Below the pieces are notes generated by a model, which saw only the letters and a program-made list of their open reading frames with translations, was not told the origin of the DNA and did not search any database. Positions 18,739-29,121 of a stretch of 64,000 nucleotides of DNA are shown piece after piece. The stretch is from an uncultured Desulfurococcales archaeon (GTDB taxonomy: Archaea; Thermoproteota; Thermoprotei_A; CAZTBM01; SZUA-1508), in assembly GCA_964611985.1 (NCBI GenBank), contig CAZTBM010000006.1:470-64469 (forward strand). The letters are read 5' to 3'. Position 1 is the stretch's first letter; every line of letters begins with the position of its first letter. The position numbers and the translations under genes are program-made.

Positions 18739-20733
18739 TTACTTTCTTAGTATGATTCTTGATTTTCCGGGTATTTTTAACATTATATCCATTATGTCTA
18801 CAGCCTTAATTATGTGTTTGCGTTCATCTGAACACTGTGATAGCAATATTTTTTTTATTTTTTCAGCTAGAGTTTTAGGTTCTTCATTCCCAGGAGCCAG
18901 GAGTACATAATATTTAGTTCTTTCTTTAACTACTTCCTCTGGGCCTACTATTACTCGATATGTATTATCTATTATTTCGATGCCTAAGGCAAAAATTAAG
19001 TTTACATTTCTTATGTAATTTTTCTTTCCATAGATCATAAAAGCGCCTTTGGGTAAATACTCTCCAGATGGTGGAGACTTCGATACCTGTTTACCATAAA
19101 CCCAGAAGACGTCTATTGCGTGTAGCCCTAGCTTCCATGCTTTAGAGTAAACAGCAGCTAATAAGGCTGCTTCTTCAATATCCTTATTTGTAGGTTTTTT
19201 ACCTTCAGCTTTTAGTATTGTAGCTGGTGCACCATGAATATCTGCATGAAGGAAGATGTCGTTATCTTTGAGGCGTTTTCTTACTAAACTTTCATTCTGA
19301 GCTTGATCACGTCCTGCTATAACAAGGCAACCTGAAGAAGTAATTAACCAATGATATTTCTCAAACCATTCCTTCCGTTTTATAGCTACTCTAGCTTTAG
19401 TTTCAGCTAGCTCCTTTCTAGACTCTAACTCTTTTACCTTTTCTTCTAAGGAGTGAATGGCTTGTATAGCTCTTTCAGCCTTTCTTTTATACTCCTTTGC
19501 CATATCATAGTATTGCGAGATATTATCATAAGCTGGCAATCTAATGTTCAAGTGTGCTTCTTCACCATTAACTAGAATTACTATTACTCCTTTGTCTGGC
19601 TTTACATCTTTAATGGTTATAGGTGAATTGTTTAATATGTTTTTGCATTTTTCTATTGCCTTATACCAATTCTCTTTACTGTGTCTGATGCAGTCAAGAA
19701 ATGCTGACAGTATATGTAGTTGTGTAATTAATTTATCAGCTATTTTTCTTAATCTCTCACTCTCCTTCTTATATAAATTAAGTAGTTCATGTTGCCTCGA
19801 TATTGCTACTCTTAACTTAGATAACTCTGCTTCCATCTTCTCCTTGGCGGTTCTTGTCTCTTCAATTCTCATATAGTATGTGAAATATTCATCTAAAGCC
19901 TCATTAAATGATGTATACTCAACCACCTTTCCTTCTTCATAAATATGGGGCTTATATGGGGTTACTGTTACAGGTGTATCACTAATGTATACTATGTAAC
20001 CCTTGCCTAATGTAGACTCTTCAATTATTTCCTTTAATTTCTTAAACATTTTTTCAAGAGTTCTATCATCTAAATCTTTAATTTTGGTATCCTTTTTTAC
20101 TCCAGCCCTATAGCTAAGTTCTTCTGATAATTCTCCTGGAATGCCTAAAGCTTTAACTAACCCTCTTACTATCGTCTTCTCTGATTGACTTCTTACTTGT
20201 TTAACAAATAAGTCAGAGGACAAGGTTATTATGTCTATTCCTATCTTCGGCGGATACTTGTAAACGGCTTTCAGCTTAATACTCCGGTCTTTCATTTCTT
20301 TAAATTCAGAAGCATATATTATAACATTATCCTTATCTACAAGTGTTATTGTACCTCGAGGAAGGAGCTCCACAATTAGCTTATACTCGGTTTCAGTTCT
20401 CCCTATTTCTATTATAACTATTCTTTCAAAATCGTACTGGTATATGTTCAGTATTCTCTTGTCCCTAATTTTCCTTCTGAGAATAGTACAGAAAGCTGGC
20501 ATTTTGTAAGATACATCATGGGATTTATAAGAATATTTTGATAAATGGATCCTCTTTCCGGCCTCGGCTACGAGGTTAACGGTGTAATCCTTACATCTAA
20601 GTTTTAATACTACAAGATTGTTATGATAGGTATATATGTTATCTATGAAGCAGTTTAATATTCTATCTTTAACCCCTTTGAGCCATGAATGTATATCTAG
20701 TGTACTCATAGACTTCTTTATCTTTACCTGCAT
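18739..20733 (-). CDS. NFACT-family protein (FbpA/RqcH/NEMF homolog, DUF814)
   Basis: 664 aa. N-terminal NFACT-N-like region, long coiled coil, and a C-terminal DUF814-like region (WLITSSGCLVIAGRDQAQNESLV...DIFLHADIHGAP). Confidence 0.8.
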   Translation of the reverse strand: MQVKIKKSMSTLDIHSWLKGVKDRILNCFIDNIYTYHNNLVVLKLRCKDYTVNLVAEAGKRIHLSKYSYKSHDVSYKMPAFCTILRRKIRDKRILNIYQYDFERIVIIEIGRTETEYKLIVELLPRGTITLVDKDNVIIYASEFKEMKDRSIKLKAVYKYPPKIGIDIITLSSDLFVKQVRSQSEKTIVRGLVKALGIPGELSEELSYRAGVKKDTKIKDLDDRTLEKMFKKLKEIIEESTLGKGYIVYISDTPVTVTPYKPHIYEEGKVVEYTSFNEALDEYFTYYMRIEETRTAKEKMEAELSKLRVAISRQHELLNLYKKESERLRKIADKLITQLHILSAFLDCIRHSKENWYKAIEKCKNILNNSPITIKDVKPDKGVIVILVNGEEAHLNIRLPAYDNISQYYDMAKEYKRKAERAIQAIHSLEEKVKELESRKELAETKARVAIKRKEWFEKYHWLITSSGCLVIAGRDQAQNESLVRKRLKDNDIFLHADIHGAPATILKAEGKKPTNKDIEEAALLAAVYSKAWKLGLHAIDVFWVYGKQVSKSPPSGEYLPKGAFMIYGKKNYIRNVNLIFALGIEIIDNTYRVIVGPEEVVKERTKYYVLLAPGNEEPKTLAEKIKKILLSQCSDERKHIIKAVDIMDIMLKIPGKSRIILRK

Positions 20734-20742
20734 TTTGCATAC

Positions 20743-21363
20743 CTACAAACATATCTCTTTAAGCTCATTGAAGACTATTCCCCCTTTCAAATACCTTATT
20801 AGCTCGTTAGATATTAACGGTTTACCGTCAACTAAGGGGTAAGCATAAGGCAACTCTATTTCATGTTCTATTCCTGGAGAAACCTTCATTTTAATTTTAT
20901 ATCCTACGATTATTGGTATATCGTTTATTCTCAGTCCTTCAGCTACTTTTAACGCCATATAAACTGCTCCATCAATCGAAAATTGATGTTTACCAATGTT
21001 TCTAGGTTTAGCCCTCTTAAGTTTAGATGTCAATAGCTCCCATGTACGACCTCTAGGTGGGTGATCTCCCAAAATACCTCCAATGACAATAAATGTGTTA
21101 TCATCTATTTCTTGGGGCTTTAGCTCCAAGTCAGCTTTGGGGTCAAGAACAATAATGTTCTTAAGTTTATCTTCTAATTCTATAACACTTTCACGATAAA
21201 CTATGCCATAATCTAGAAGGAATCTATAAAGAGAAGGGTCCTTAACATTGGAGAATAGTATGTTGTCCTTACCTACTAGTCTTGATGCATGTTTGTATTC
21301 TATGAGGAGCCATTTACTAGGCTTACTCTCTAAGTGTTCAATTATTATTTTAGGTTTTGCCAT
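20743..21363 (-). CDS. DUF431-like predicted SPOUT/SAM-dependent methyltransferase
   Basis: 206 aa. The N-terminus KIIIEHLESKPSKWLLIEYKH matches my memory of the DUF431 family. Confidence 0.55.
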   Translation of the reverse strand: MAKPKIIIEHLESKPSKWLLIEYKHASRLVGKDNILFSNVKDPSLYRFLLDYGIVYRESVIELEDKLKNIIVLDPKADLELKPQEIDDNTFIVIGGILGDHPPRGRTWELLTSKLKRAKPRNIGKHQFSIDGAVYMALKVAEGLRINDIPIIVGYKIKMKVSPGIEHEIELPYAYPLVDGKPLISNELIRYLKGGIVFNELKEICL

Positions 21364-22208
21364 AATTTTTTCCTCAATGCCTCTAACTGTTCAACAGGCT
21401 TGCCCATATACTCTGCTGCTGTTAAAATTTTCTTACCTAGTTTATTAGCCTCTTCATAAACTCTCTTAAGTCTTTCCTTATAATTTAAATCTCTCAATGT
21501 GTGATGATCTATAATCAATGTCTCAAGACCAGGTATTGATAACAGCCTTATAATGTTATTTATAGCCCTTTCTATATCCTCTGTGTATATTTTAAAGCCT
21601 TCAAAGTATGTTGGTGGACCACAATCAATTATCAGGTTAGGTCTCATATGCTCTATTATCTTTACGGCCCTATCACTTATGGGACCTTGGGTATCAGATG
21701 TATGTAAAACTCTATAGTTACCATCATCAATTAGGGTCATAACTACAAAGCCTAGCTTACTACCTTCTGGCCCATGAGGTACCGGCTGAGAAAATCTCAA
21801 AACTACATTGCCAATTTCAATAGTTGAACCATCCGCATGATATATCCTCTCTGGTAATTGAGATTTATTCTTAAGGAATATAGAAGCTCTTATCCTTTGA
21901 CTGGTATTAATATTTTTCTCAGGGTGCTTTATTATGAGAATCTTTCCTTCATAAAAGTCTGCATAGGGCTCATAGTGGTCATAGTGGTAATGTGATATTA
22001 CGATTACATCTACTTTAGAGGCCTCACTGTATATGGCCTCTCTTAGCTCTTCTAGTCTCTCCATCTCAAGTTTATGAGGAGGTAAACCATACCTTCTTGG
22101 GGCGTATGATACTCCTGGATCAATGAATATTTTCAAGCCTTTAGCATCAATTATAGTGGCTGCTGATCTAGCACCCATACTGTCAAATGCTACTAATTTC
22201 AGCTTCAT
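21345..22208 (-). CDS. Metallo-beta-lactamase superfamily hydrolase (UPF0282-like)
   Basis: 287 aa. VISHYHYDHY metal-binding motif and HTSDTQG. Confidence 0.7.
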   Translation of the reverse strand: MKLKLVAFDSMGARSAATIIDAKGLKIFIDPGVSYAPRRYGLPPHKLEMERLEELREAIYSEASKVDVIVISHYHYDHYEPYADFYEGKILIIKHPEKNINTSQRIRASIFLKNKSQLPERIYHADGSTIEIGNVVLRFSQPVPHGPEGSKLGFVVMTLIDDGNYRVLHTSDTQGPISDRAVKIIEHMRPNLIIDCGPPTYFEGFKIYTEDIERAINNIIRLLSIPGLETLIIDHHTLRDLNYKERLKRVYEEANKLGKKILTAAEYMGKPVEQLEALRKKLWQNLK

Positions 22209-22277
22209 TTATGCTTCATCTCTTATTTGGTACTCTACCTTAATATATTTGGAGAATATATAATATTTCTTGATGAT

Positions 22278-23066
22278 ACCATGAAGGTAATGCATTTCAC
22301 CCCTTCGAGCCTTGAGGAAGCTGCAGAAATAATAAAGAATGCTTTGACATCTAAGAAGTTAATGATAATTTATGGTTGCTGTAATATATTCTATGAAGGT
22401 AGAGGAGCTTCTAAGTTAACGCCAGGGGATAGAATAGTCATAATCAAGCGTGATGGTTCAGTTCTTGTTCATAGACCGTTCGGTTATTCCCCAGTCAACT
22501 GGCAACCCGAAACAACTGATATCTCACTTAGCATTTCTAATAAAGAACTAGTAATAAAAGCCATAAGAACTACTCCCCGTGAAGTACTCGAAATAAGGTT
22601 TTCACAAATATACTCTATAACACATGCTATACTTGATGATAAAGGTGAGTTTATAGAATATCTATCTGAGCATGAAATAAGAGACTATTTATCCAAGAAT
22701 CCATCATTTATTGAGGAAGGCTTAGTAACAATTGATATAGAGAAACATGTGGAGCCAGGATTCATAGATCTTTATTGCAGAGATAAGCACGGGAACATAG
22801 TTGTAATAGAGATTAAGAGAGTAACAGCTAGTAAGGATGCGATATTACAGTTAAAGAGGTACATAGACTCAATTAGGAAATATATGTCCGAAAAGAGAAT
22901 ACGTGGTATAATTGTAGCACCATCTATATCAAAAGCGGCTTTAGAATTAGTTGAAAGGTACAAGTTTGAGTATAAAAGAATAGATATTGGTCAATTATAT
23001 AAGGTTCTGAGGAGTAAGCAACGTGCCAGAGACCTCTTATACTATATCACTACAAAAAAGAAATGA
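22278..23066 (+). CDS. nucS: NucS/EndoMS mismatch-specific endonuclease
   Basis: Pattern YEGRGASKLTPGDRIVIIKRDGSVLVHRP.GYSPVNWQ plus RecB-like DLYCRDKHGNIVVIEIKR. The ORF track starts at TTG 22227. ATG 22278 (MKVMHF) is preferred because an A/T-rich box lies about 25 nt upstream. Confidence 0.8.
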   Translation, partial: TMKVMHFTPSSLEEAAEIIKNALTSKKLMIIYGCCNIFYEGRGASKLTPGDRIVIIKRDGSVLVHRPFGYSPVNWQPETTDISLSISNKELVIKAIRTTPREVLEIRFSQIYSITHAILDDKGEFIEYLSEHEIRDYLSKNPSFIEEGLVTIDIEKHVEPGFIDLYCRDKHGNIVVIEIKRVTASKDAILQLKRYIDSIRKYMSEKRIRGIIVAPSISKAALELVERYKFEYKRIDIGQLYKVLRSKQRARDLLYYITTKKK

Positions 23067-23655
23067 ATTTACAGTAAAGAAACTAATACAGCTTAAATAT
23101 AATACCACGTCATCTTCATACGATGACCTTTATAGAGACGAGCAGATAGAAAAATATAATGAAATAAGGGATGTACTGAAGAGCTTTCTGTCACGGAAGA
23201 TGCAAATTTTAGTCATTTTAGATGCTGGATGCGGTACAGGTTTACTGCTAGAGTATCTTTATCAACTCTTAACACATGTCCTAGTTAAACCTCTAATATA
23301 TTATATAGGCTTAGACTTTAGCATAGGTATGCTTTCTCAAGCAAAGAAAAAGATAAATCAGAGTCTAGGAAGAGTGCTGGTAGACTTGATACTATCCGAC
23401 ATAGACTATTTGCCTTTAAGAGATAAAGTAATTGATACTTTAGTGTCAATCACTGTAATCCAGAACCTTCCGAGCATGAGAAAAACCCTTATGGAACTAT
23501 TTAGAGTAGTAAAAGAAAACGGTATATTCATTGTATCGCATCCTAAAAAGGTATATGATAGTATATACTCTGATATAATTCATAGTAATATTAAGCATAT
23601 GAGAATATTTAGTAAACAGTCTAAAGATACAATATGGTATACTACTAAACGATAA
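23023..23655 (+). CDS. Class I SAM-dependent methyltransferase
   Basis: 210 aa. Motif I ILDAGCGTGLL. GTG start overlaps the nucS 3' end by 44 nt. Confidence 0.7.
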   Translation: MPETSYTISLQKRNEFTVKKLIQLKYNTTSSSYDDLYRDEQIEKYNEIRDVLKSFLSRKMQILVILDAGCGTGLLLEYLYQLLTHVLVKPLIYYIGLDFSIGMLSQAKKKINQSLGRVLVDLILSDIDYLPLRDKVIDTLVSITVIQNLPSMRKTLMELFRVVKENGIFIVSHPKKVYDSIYSDIIHSNIKHMRIFSKQSKDTIWYTTKR

Positions 23656-23858
23656 TCATAAACACCACTGTTACAATTGCTATAAACATATACTCTCACA
23701 TAACAAATTGTACGAGTCTAATATGCTTAGACCTAGGTGTAACATTTTAACAACTATAGCTTTTGTCGAATCCTATCTATATAGGGATAAACCGTTAAGC
23801 TTTATATATTCCTATAGATAATGCATAATCAGAACTAAGACCTTGGAGGAAAAATATT

Positions 23859-24119
23859 ATGGCTTCTACAAGGAGAGAAATAGGAAGTCCATTGAAGTAC
23901 TTAAGATCTGCAGTAAATAATCTCGTATTAGTTAAACTAAAAGATGGAAGCGAGTTCATTGGAAGACTTGTACACTGCGATAACACTATGAACTTAATGT
24001 TAGAGGACTGCTTAGAAGTAAGGGAAGGAATAAGTAATCCAATAGCTAAGTATGGCAGAGTTTTCGTAAGAGGAAGTAATATACTCTTTATAACGATAGA
24101 TTATTCGTCAATAATGTAA
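23859..24119 (+). CDS. Sm-like archaeal protein (SmAP/LSm)
   Basis: 86 aa. Sm1 [26 protein letters not shown] and Sm2 [15 protein letters not shown]-like TTTATATA and GGAGG lie upstream. Confidence 0.85.
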   Translation: MASTRREIGSPLKYLRSAVNNLVLVKLKDGSEFIGRLVHCDNTMNLMLEDCLEVREGISNPIAKYGRVFVRGSNILFITIDYSSIM

Positions 24120-24251
24120 CTTATTAAGTCTTAATACAAGATCCTTAAATAACATACAGAGCGCTGAACAATAAAAGAAATTACTCTGAGTAATATACTA
24201 TTGTTATTCCTTATAGCAAAATTTAAAAGTTTAAGATAGTTTTTCTGTAAC

Positions 24252-25496
24252 TTGGTGAAAATAATTATGGGTATGTCGAGCAAAGCCAGAAACATAGTTA
24301 TTGAGGTTGAGCAAAGAACCCCTACTGAGAGATTACCTGTAGAGCTTGTTGAAAGAAAAGGATTAGGTCATCCTGATTATATAGCTGATTCAGCCTCTGA
24401 AGCTGCTAGTAGAGCACTATGTAGGTATTACCTTAAAGAGTTCGGTATAATACTCCATCATAACCTGGATAAGACATTACTCGTTGGAGGTCAAGCTAAC
24501 CCTCGTTTTGGCGGAGGTGACGTAATCCAACCAATATACATAATTGTATCTGGTAGAGCAACGACAGAAGTTGTAAGAGAGAATGGAGAGAGACATTATA
24601 TCCCAATTGGAAGCTTAATTCTTGACGCCGTGAAAAGCTGGATTAAAAACAACTTTAGATTCCTAGATCCAGAAAAACATGTTATAGTCGACTATAAAGT
24701 TGGTAGAGGGTCCGTAGATCTTGTAGGAATATTTGAGCTAGGTAAACGTATGCCCTTAGCTAATGATACATCCTTAGGTGTCTCATACGCCCCCCTCACA
24801 ACACTTGAAAAAATAGTATATGAGGTTGAGAAGTATTTAAACTCTAAAGAATTCAAGAAGAAATTACCTGAAGTAGGCGAAGATATTAAGGTAATGGGAC
24901 TAAGAAGGGGTAAGAAAATTGAACTCACAGTTGCTGCAGCTATGATATCACATTTAATACCAGATGCCGATCATTATCTCTCAGTTAAGGAGGAGGTTAA
25001 AGAGAAAATTCTCGATCTTGCAGTTAAATTAGCACCAGAGTATGATGTAACAGTTTATCTTAACGTTGCTGATAAACCTGAACATGGAATATTTTACTTA
25101 ACTGTAACTGGTACTTCAGCGGAGCATGGAGATGATGGTGCCACGGGTAGAGGAAATAGAGTCAACGGATTAATAACCCCCTGTAGACCCATGTCCTTAG
25201 AGGCAACTGCCGGAAAGAATCCAGTAAGCCATGTAGGCAAAATATACAATGTCTTAGCTCGACTAATGGCCGAAGAGATAGCAAAACTCAAGGGCATAGA
25301 AGAAGTCTATGTAGAGTTACTCAGTCAAATAGGTAGACCCATAGATGACCCTCTAATAGCCAACGTTAGAGTAATACCTAATGAAGAATATACTAATGAC
25401 ACCGCTAATGAGATACATAGCATAGTTCAAGAAAAATTAGAGAATATAAGAAACATAACAAACATGATATTGGAGGATAAGGTAATACTATACTAA
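24252..25496 (+). CDS. mat: Archaeal-type S-adenosylmethionine synthetase
   Basis: 414 aa. [14 protein letters not shown] and overall archaeal MAT architecture. The true start may be ATG 24267 or 24273 rather than TTG 24252. Confidence 0.9.
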   Translation: MVKIIMGMSSKARNIVIEVEQRTPTERLPVELVERKGLGHPDYIADSASEAASRALCRYYLKEFGIILHHNLDKTLLVGGQANPRFGGGDVIQPIYIIVSGRATTEVVRENGERHYIPIGSLILDAVKSWIKNNFRFLDPEKHVIVDYKVGRGSVDLVGIFELGKRMPLANDTSLGVSYAPLTTLEKIVYEVEKYLNSKEFKKKLPEVGEDIKVMGLRRGKKIELTVAAAMISHLIPDADHYLSVKEEVKEKILDLAVKLAPEYDVTVYLNVADKPEHGIFYLTVTGTSAEHGDDGATGRGNRVNGLITPCRPMSLEATAGKNPVSHVGKIYNVLARLMAEEIAKLKGIEEVYVELLSQIGRPIDDPLIANVRVIPNEEYTNDTANEIHSIVQEKLENIRNITNMILEDKVILY

Positions 25497-25570
25497 AAGA
25501 ACACATTAAGGTAGTTATTCTAACCTAAGTTTTATTACCTTATTTAACAGCTAGTAGGCTCTATGATTTA

Positions 25571-25634
25571 TCTCAGACGGGGGTTCGTAATAGACATCAT
25601 CTCCCAGTCAGTAGCGGCAGAGGTCATCATCATG
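25571..25634 (-). ncRNA. Candidate C/D-box sRNA (non-canonical second half)
   Basis: On the minus strand: ATGATGA (25630-25624), exactly 12 nt, CTGA (25611-25608), 7 nt, ATGATGT (25600-25594), 17 nt, CTGA (25576-25573). It is a GC-rich island between two convergent genes. Confidence 0.45.
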
Positions 25635-25658
25635 GATGAACAGTTCTCGTTATAGTTT

Positions 25659-26897
25659 TTAAACCTTTATTTCTTCAACAATGATGGGATGCGGTAACAT
25701 CTTATGGGGTATTATGAAGGCGAGTATATGTATTAATATACATATGACGCCAATATTATATAACATGTTATCTATAATGCTCATAGTATGGACTATGTAT
25801 AATATTGGTATGGCATGAGTTATTTTAAATGCGTATATGAGAGGAAACCTTCTAAGATTAAGTTTTTGTAAGTACACCTTTAGAGGTATATAAGCTGTCA
25901 AGAATTGTATTAGAAGCGATATAAATGCTGTTAAAAGTATTATCTTGATTATTTTCATCCTAAATAGCAATGAAATATTAGTTAGGAGACCTGATGTAAA
26001 GAATAATATAGGAGTGAATAAACCCAAGGCCATACCCTTCAGTCTTCTCTCTAGAAGCTCATGTTTTCGTATGCTTTCAGATAATGTTAAACCGAATATG
26101 AATGCTAGTAGTGGTGCATGTAATCCTATTGCCTCGAGTATGACATAAAGAGATATTAGTAAAAATGCTAAAAGCTTTATCTCAAATTCGAAAATATGGT
26201 ATTTCCTTTGAAGTCTGGCTATGGTTCGTGGAGCGATAACTAACATGAGGATAATTAATATAGGATAGAGAAGACCTACTATATTATACCCCGTTAATAT
26301 AAGGGATAGTATCAATATTGCAATGATATCTATTACCATTGCACTAAAGTACATTATTTCTCCAACATATATTACATCATAGCCACGTTCAACAAGGACA
26401 GTTTTTATGGCATCAGTGCTTGATGTCGAAAGAGCTAATGCTATGAAAAGTGCACCAATGGAATTCAAGTGAAATACAAGGTGGAGTAATATAAATGTAC
26501 CTATGAATGAGGGGAAGAAGACCAATAATGGTATATGAATTTTGTTAGTATGGTTTTTTAACACGTAGTAGTCTATCTCCGTTCCTATAATAAAGAATAG
26601 AAAAATGAGTGCTAAGTGTGATATAACTTTCAATTCAAGAAATGGTTTTATACCTATAACTGATGCATACAAACCTGCTAGAAATTCAAGAATTGAAGGG
26701 GATATGTGAAATGCTATTGAAAGAAAACCTGAAGCTATAATGAGTATGCTGGCAGCAGCTAAACCGCATCCCTTAATTTTAAGGTAACTCATCATAACAA
26801 ATGCCATGATGAATAGGGATATAGCTACTATAATTTCTAGGAAATATACTTTTACCTTCCTTCTGCTAGCTTCATATTTTTCTTTCCAAATTTTCAT
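25659..26897 (-). CDS. Cation:proton antiporter (CPA-type) membrane protein
   Basis: 412 aa with about 11-12 predicted TM helices. FFIIGTEIDY resembles the Na+/H+ exchanger family motif. Confidence 0.6.
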   Translation of the reverse strand: MKIWKEKYEASRRKVKVYFLEIIVAISLFIMAFVMMSYLKIKGCGLAAASILIIASGFLSIAFHISPSILEFLAGLYASVIGIKPFLELKVISHLALIFLFFIIGTEIDYYVLKNHTNKIHIPLLVFFPSFIGTFILLHLVFHLNSIGALFIALALSTSSTDAIKTVLVERGYDVIYVGEIMYFSAMVIDIIAILILSLILTGYNIVGLLYPILIILMLVIAPRTIARLQRKYHIFEFEIKLLAFLLISLYVILEAIGLHAPLLAFIFGLTLSESIRKHELLERRLKGMALGLFTPILFFTSGLLTNISLLFRMKIIKIILLTAFISLLIQFLTAYIPLKVYLQKLNLRRFPLIYAFKITHAIPILYIVHTMSIIDNMLYNIGVICILIHILAFIIPHKMLPHPIIVEEIKV

Positions 26898-27000
26898 GAT
26901 TAAACCTTTTCTATCTCTTAATATAGCATGGTAAAAGTCTAAGAAGGAGTAAAATATACTCCAAAATAAACTTTTTCATCACCATCATTGAAGTTTATGT

Positions 27001-27810
27001 TTATTTCTTATTTCTCATTTTTCTTACAAGCTCAATGAACAATCTTACTCTCTTCTCATCAATAACATTATCTGTAATCCCATGTACTTTGAAATATGTT
27101 CCTACAATGAAGCCGTCAGCTAAATCCCAGTATTCTTCAATATTTTTAATTGTGATTCCACTACCCACTAAAATCGGCTTATTTATGTGCGATCTTAATC
27201 TTTCTAGAAGCCCTTTATCTGGGGGAAGGCCTGTTCTTCTACCACTAACTATTATTGCGTCAGCTAGACATCTATCTATTATGTCATGTGCTAAATCTAT
27301 AATCTCCATATTATGTATAGGGGTGGCATGTTTACAATAGATATCGGCGAAGACTTTAATCTTAGCATTTAGTTTATGTTTAAGTTCTTGTACCTCTCGT
27401 GCAACAGGTTCAAGAAGCCCCTCAGGGCTAGCAAGAATTTCACCATAAGCATTCACTCTAATAAAATCGGCTTTAGAAACGTATGCTATGGCTAATGCCT
27501 CTGGGCCAGAGTTCCTCAATAAACTTACACCAAGGGGAAGCTCTGTATTAACCTTGATCATGTAGGTTATTAGTGTCATAGCGGCTATGGTTTCGGGCTC
27601 CCTAACTCTTACTTTGTATGGTTTATCACCATAATTTTCAACTATTAATCCATCTACACCATTGCGTGCTAACGTTAATCCGTCTGATAGTGCTCTTTCA
27701 ACGATACTATTTATGTCTCCCTTGTATAATGGTGAACCAGGTAAGGGAGGTAAATGTATAACTCCGATAATAGGTTTTTCTACATTAAATAATAATGCCC
27801 CCTTTAGCAC
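27001..27810 (-). CDS. BtpA/SgcQ-family TIM-barrel protein
   Basis: 269 aa. GVIHLPPLPGSPLY N-terminal signature. Confidence 0.75.
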   Translation of the reverse strand: MLKGALLFNVEKPIIGVIHLPPLPGSPLYKGDINSIVERALSDGLTLARNGVDGLIVENYGDKPYKVRVREPETIAAMTLITYMIKVNTELPLGVSLLRNSGPEALAIAYVSKADFIRVNAYGEILASPEGLLEPVAREVQELKHKLNAKIKVFADIYCKHATPIHNMEIIDLAHDIIDRCLADAIIVSGRRTGLPPDKGLLERLRSHINKPILVGSGITIKNIEEYWDLADGFIVGTYFKVHGITDNVIDEKRVRLFIELVRKMRNKK

Positions 27811-27869
27811 TTTTTACACCACTCTAGAGTGTTATTACCAAGTGTTATAAGTAAGATAGCTGTGTTGTT

Positions 27870-28976
27870 TTAAAGTATTACTTTGCCTTCGGAAAATACA
27901 CTTTCTTTAACTTCCTTGAAAGGTAATATGTATGTATTTCTTGTAAGTAAAATCTCATCATTCAATATTACCTCATCACCTATGATACTATCTTCTTCTA
28001 TTCTAACCCATTTACCTATTATTGATCTTTCGCCAATAATACTTCGCCTTATTACAGTGCCCAAGTCGATAAGAGTAGATTTTAAGATAATGCTTTCTAA
28101 GATTCTAGTATACTTGCCTATTTTACAATTAGGATTTATTATTGTATAGGGTCCTATACGAGAGCCATCTTCTATAGTTACATTATTCGATATATAAACT
28201 GGATTTATTATCTCAGCAGTATTCGCTATTTCAGTGTCTTTACCAACGTGACCCTTAGGATAAAACGTCTTTAAGGCTTGAATGTTGGCTCTAAAGTAAT
28301 CCTTAGGTACCCCTATATCAGACCATAAACCTTGATGAATATAACCATAAATGCTTAAATTATTCTCGAGAAGCTTAGGTATGAGGTCCTTGGCTAAACC
28401 GAAACTTCTCTTTATTGGGAAGTATTTGAGTACTTCTGGTTCGAAAACATAAATACCAGCGTTAGCTATGTTTGATGGTGCTTCCTCTCTCCTAGGCTTC
28501 TCAACAAACTTTACAATTTTACTCTCATCATCCAGTAAGGCAATACCGTATCTTGATGGATCTTCAACTTCAATGAGAGTCATTGTACAAAGCCCACCTT
28601 TAGTCTTATGGAAATTTAATAACTTAGTATAGTCCACATTAGAAAAGACATCACCATAAATTACGAGAAAAGTTTCATCAAGCCCATACACTTCATTAAT
28701 GTACCTTATGGGTCCACCATCACCTAGAGGTCTCGGCTCTTCAGCATAGTATATATTTACGCCGTACTCTGAACCATCATCGTATCGACTCTTAATCTTA
28801 TTAGAGTAGTACCTGACTGATAGTATTATATCTTTAATGCCTGCTCTAGTTAACCCCTCAATTACCCAGTCTAATACGGGTTTATCAAGAATGGGTAAAA
28901 GCGGTTTAGGAGTGGTCAAGGTTAGAGGTCGTAGACGAGTAGCATAACCACCAGCTAGAATGATAGCTTTTACCAT
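27870..28976 (-). CDS. Sugar-1-phosphate nucleotidyltransferase with C-terminal left-handed beta-helix
   Basis: 368 aa. ILAGGYATRLRPLTLTTPKPLLP, GDGGP, and hexapeptide-like repeats in the C-terminal third. Confidence 0.8.
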   Translation of the reverse strand: MVKAIILAGGYATRLRPLTLTTPKPLLPILDKPVLDWVIEGLTRAGIKDIILSVRYYSNKIKSRYDDGSEYGVNIYYAEEPRPLGDGGPIRYINEVYGLDETFLVIYGDVFSNVDYTKLLNFHKTKGGLCTMTLIEVEDPSRYGIALLDDESKIVKFVEKPRREEAPSNIANAGIYVFEPEVLKYFPIKRSFGLAKDLIPKLLENNLSIYGYIHQGLWSDIGVPKDYFRANIQALKTFYPKGHVGKDTEIANTAEIINPVYISNNVTIEDGSRIGPYTIINPNCKIGKYTRILESIILKSTLIDLGTVIRRSIIGERSIIGKWVRIEEDSIIGDEVILNDEILLTRNTYILPFKEVKESVFSEGKVIL

Positions 28977-29121
28977 GTTATGACCTCATTGTTTAGCTAT
29001 ACAATAGGTATTATGTGACAGTAAGCTTTTATTCTATTCTCTCATCACGAATATATCTTACGGGTATTCGATAGAGTAAGGTATACTAAGTGATCCTTCA
29101 AGATAAGAGGTTATACAGAGA

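Noticed and set aside
23770-23830. Small CCTAT/ATAGG inverted repeats around the Sm-gene TATA box.
   Set aside because: The arms are 5 bp and AT-rich and lie inside a TATA-like region. They are indistinguishable from promoter composition.
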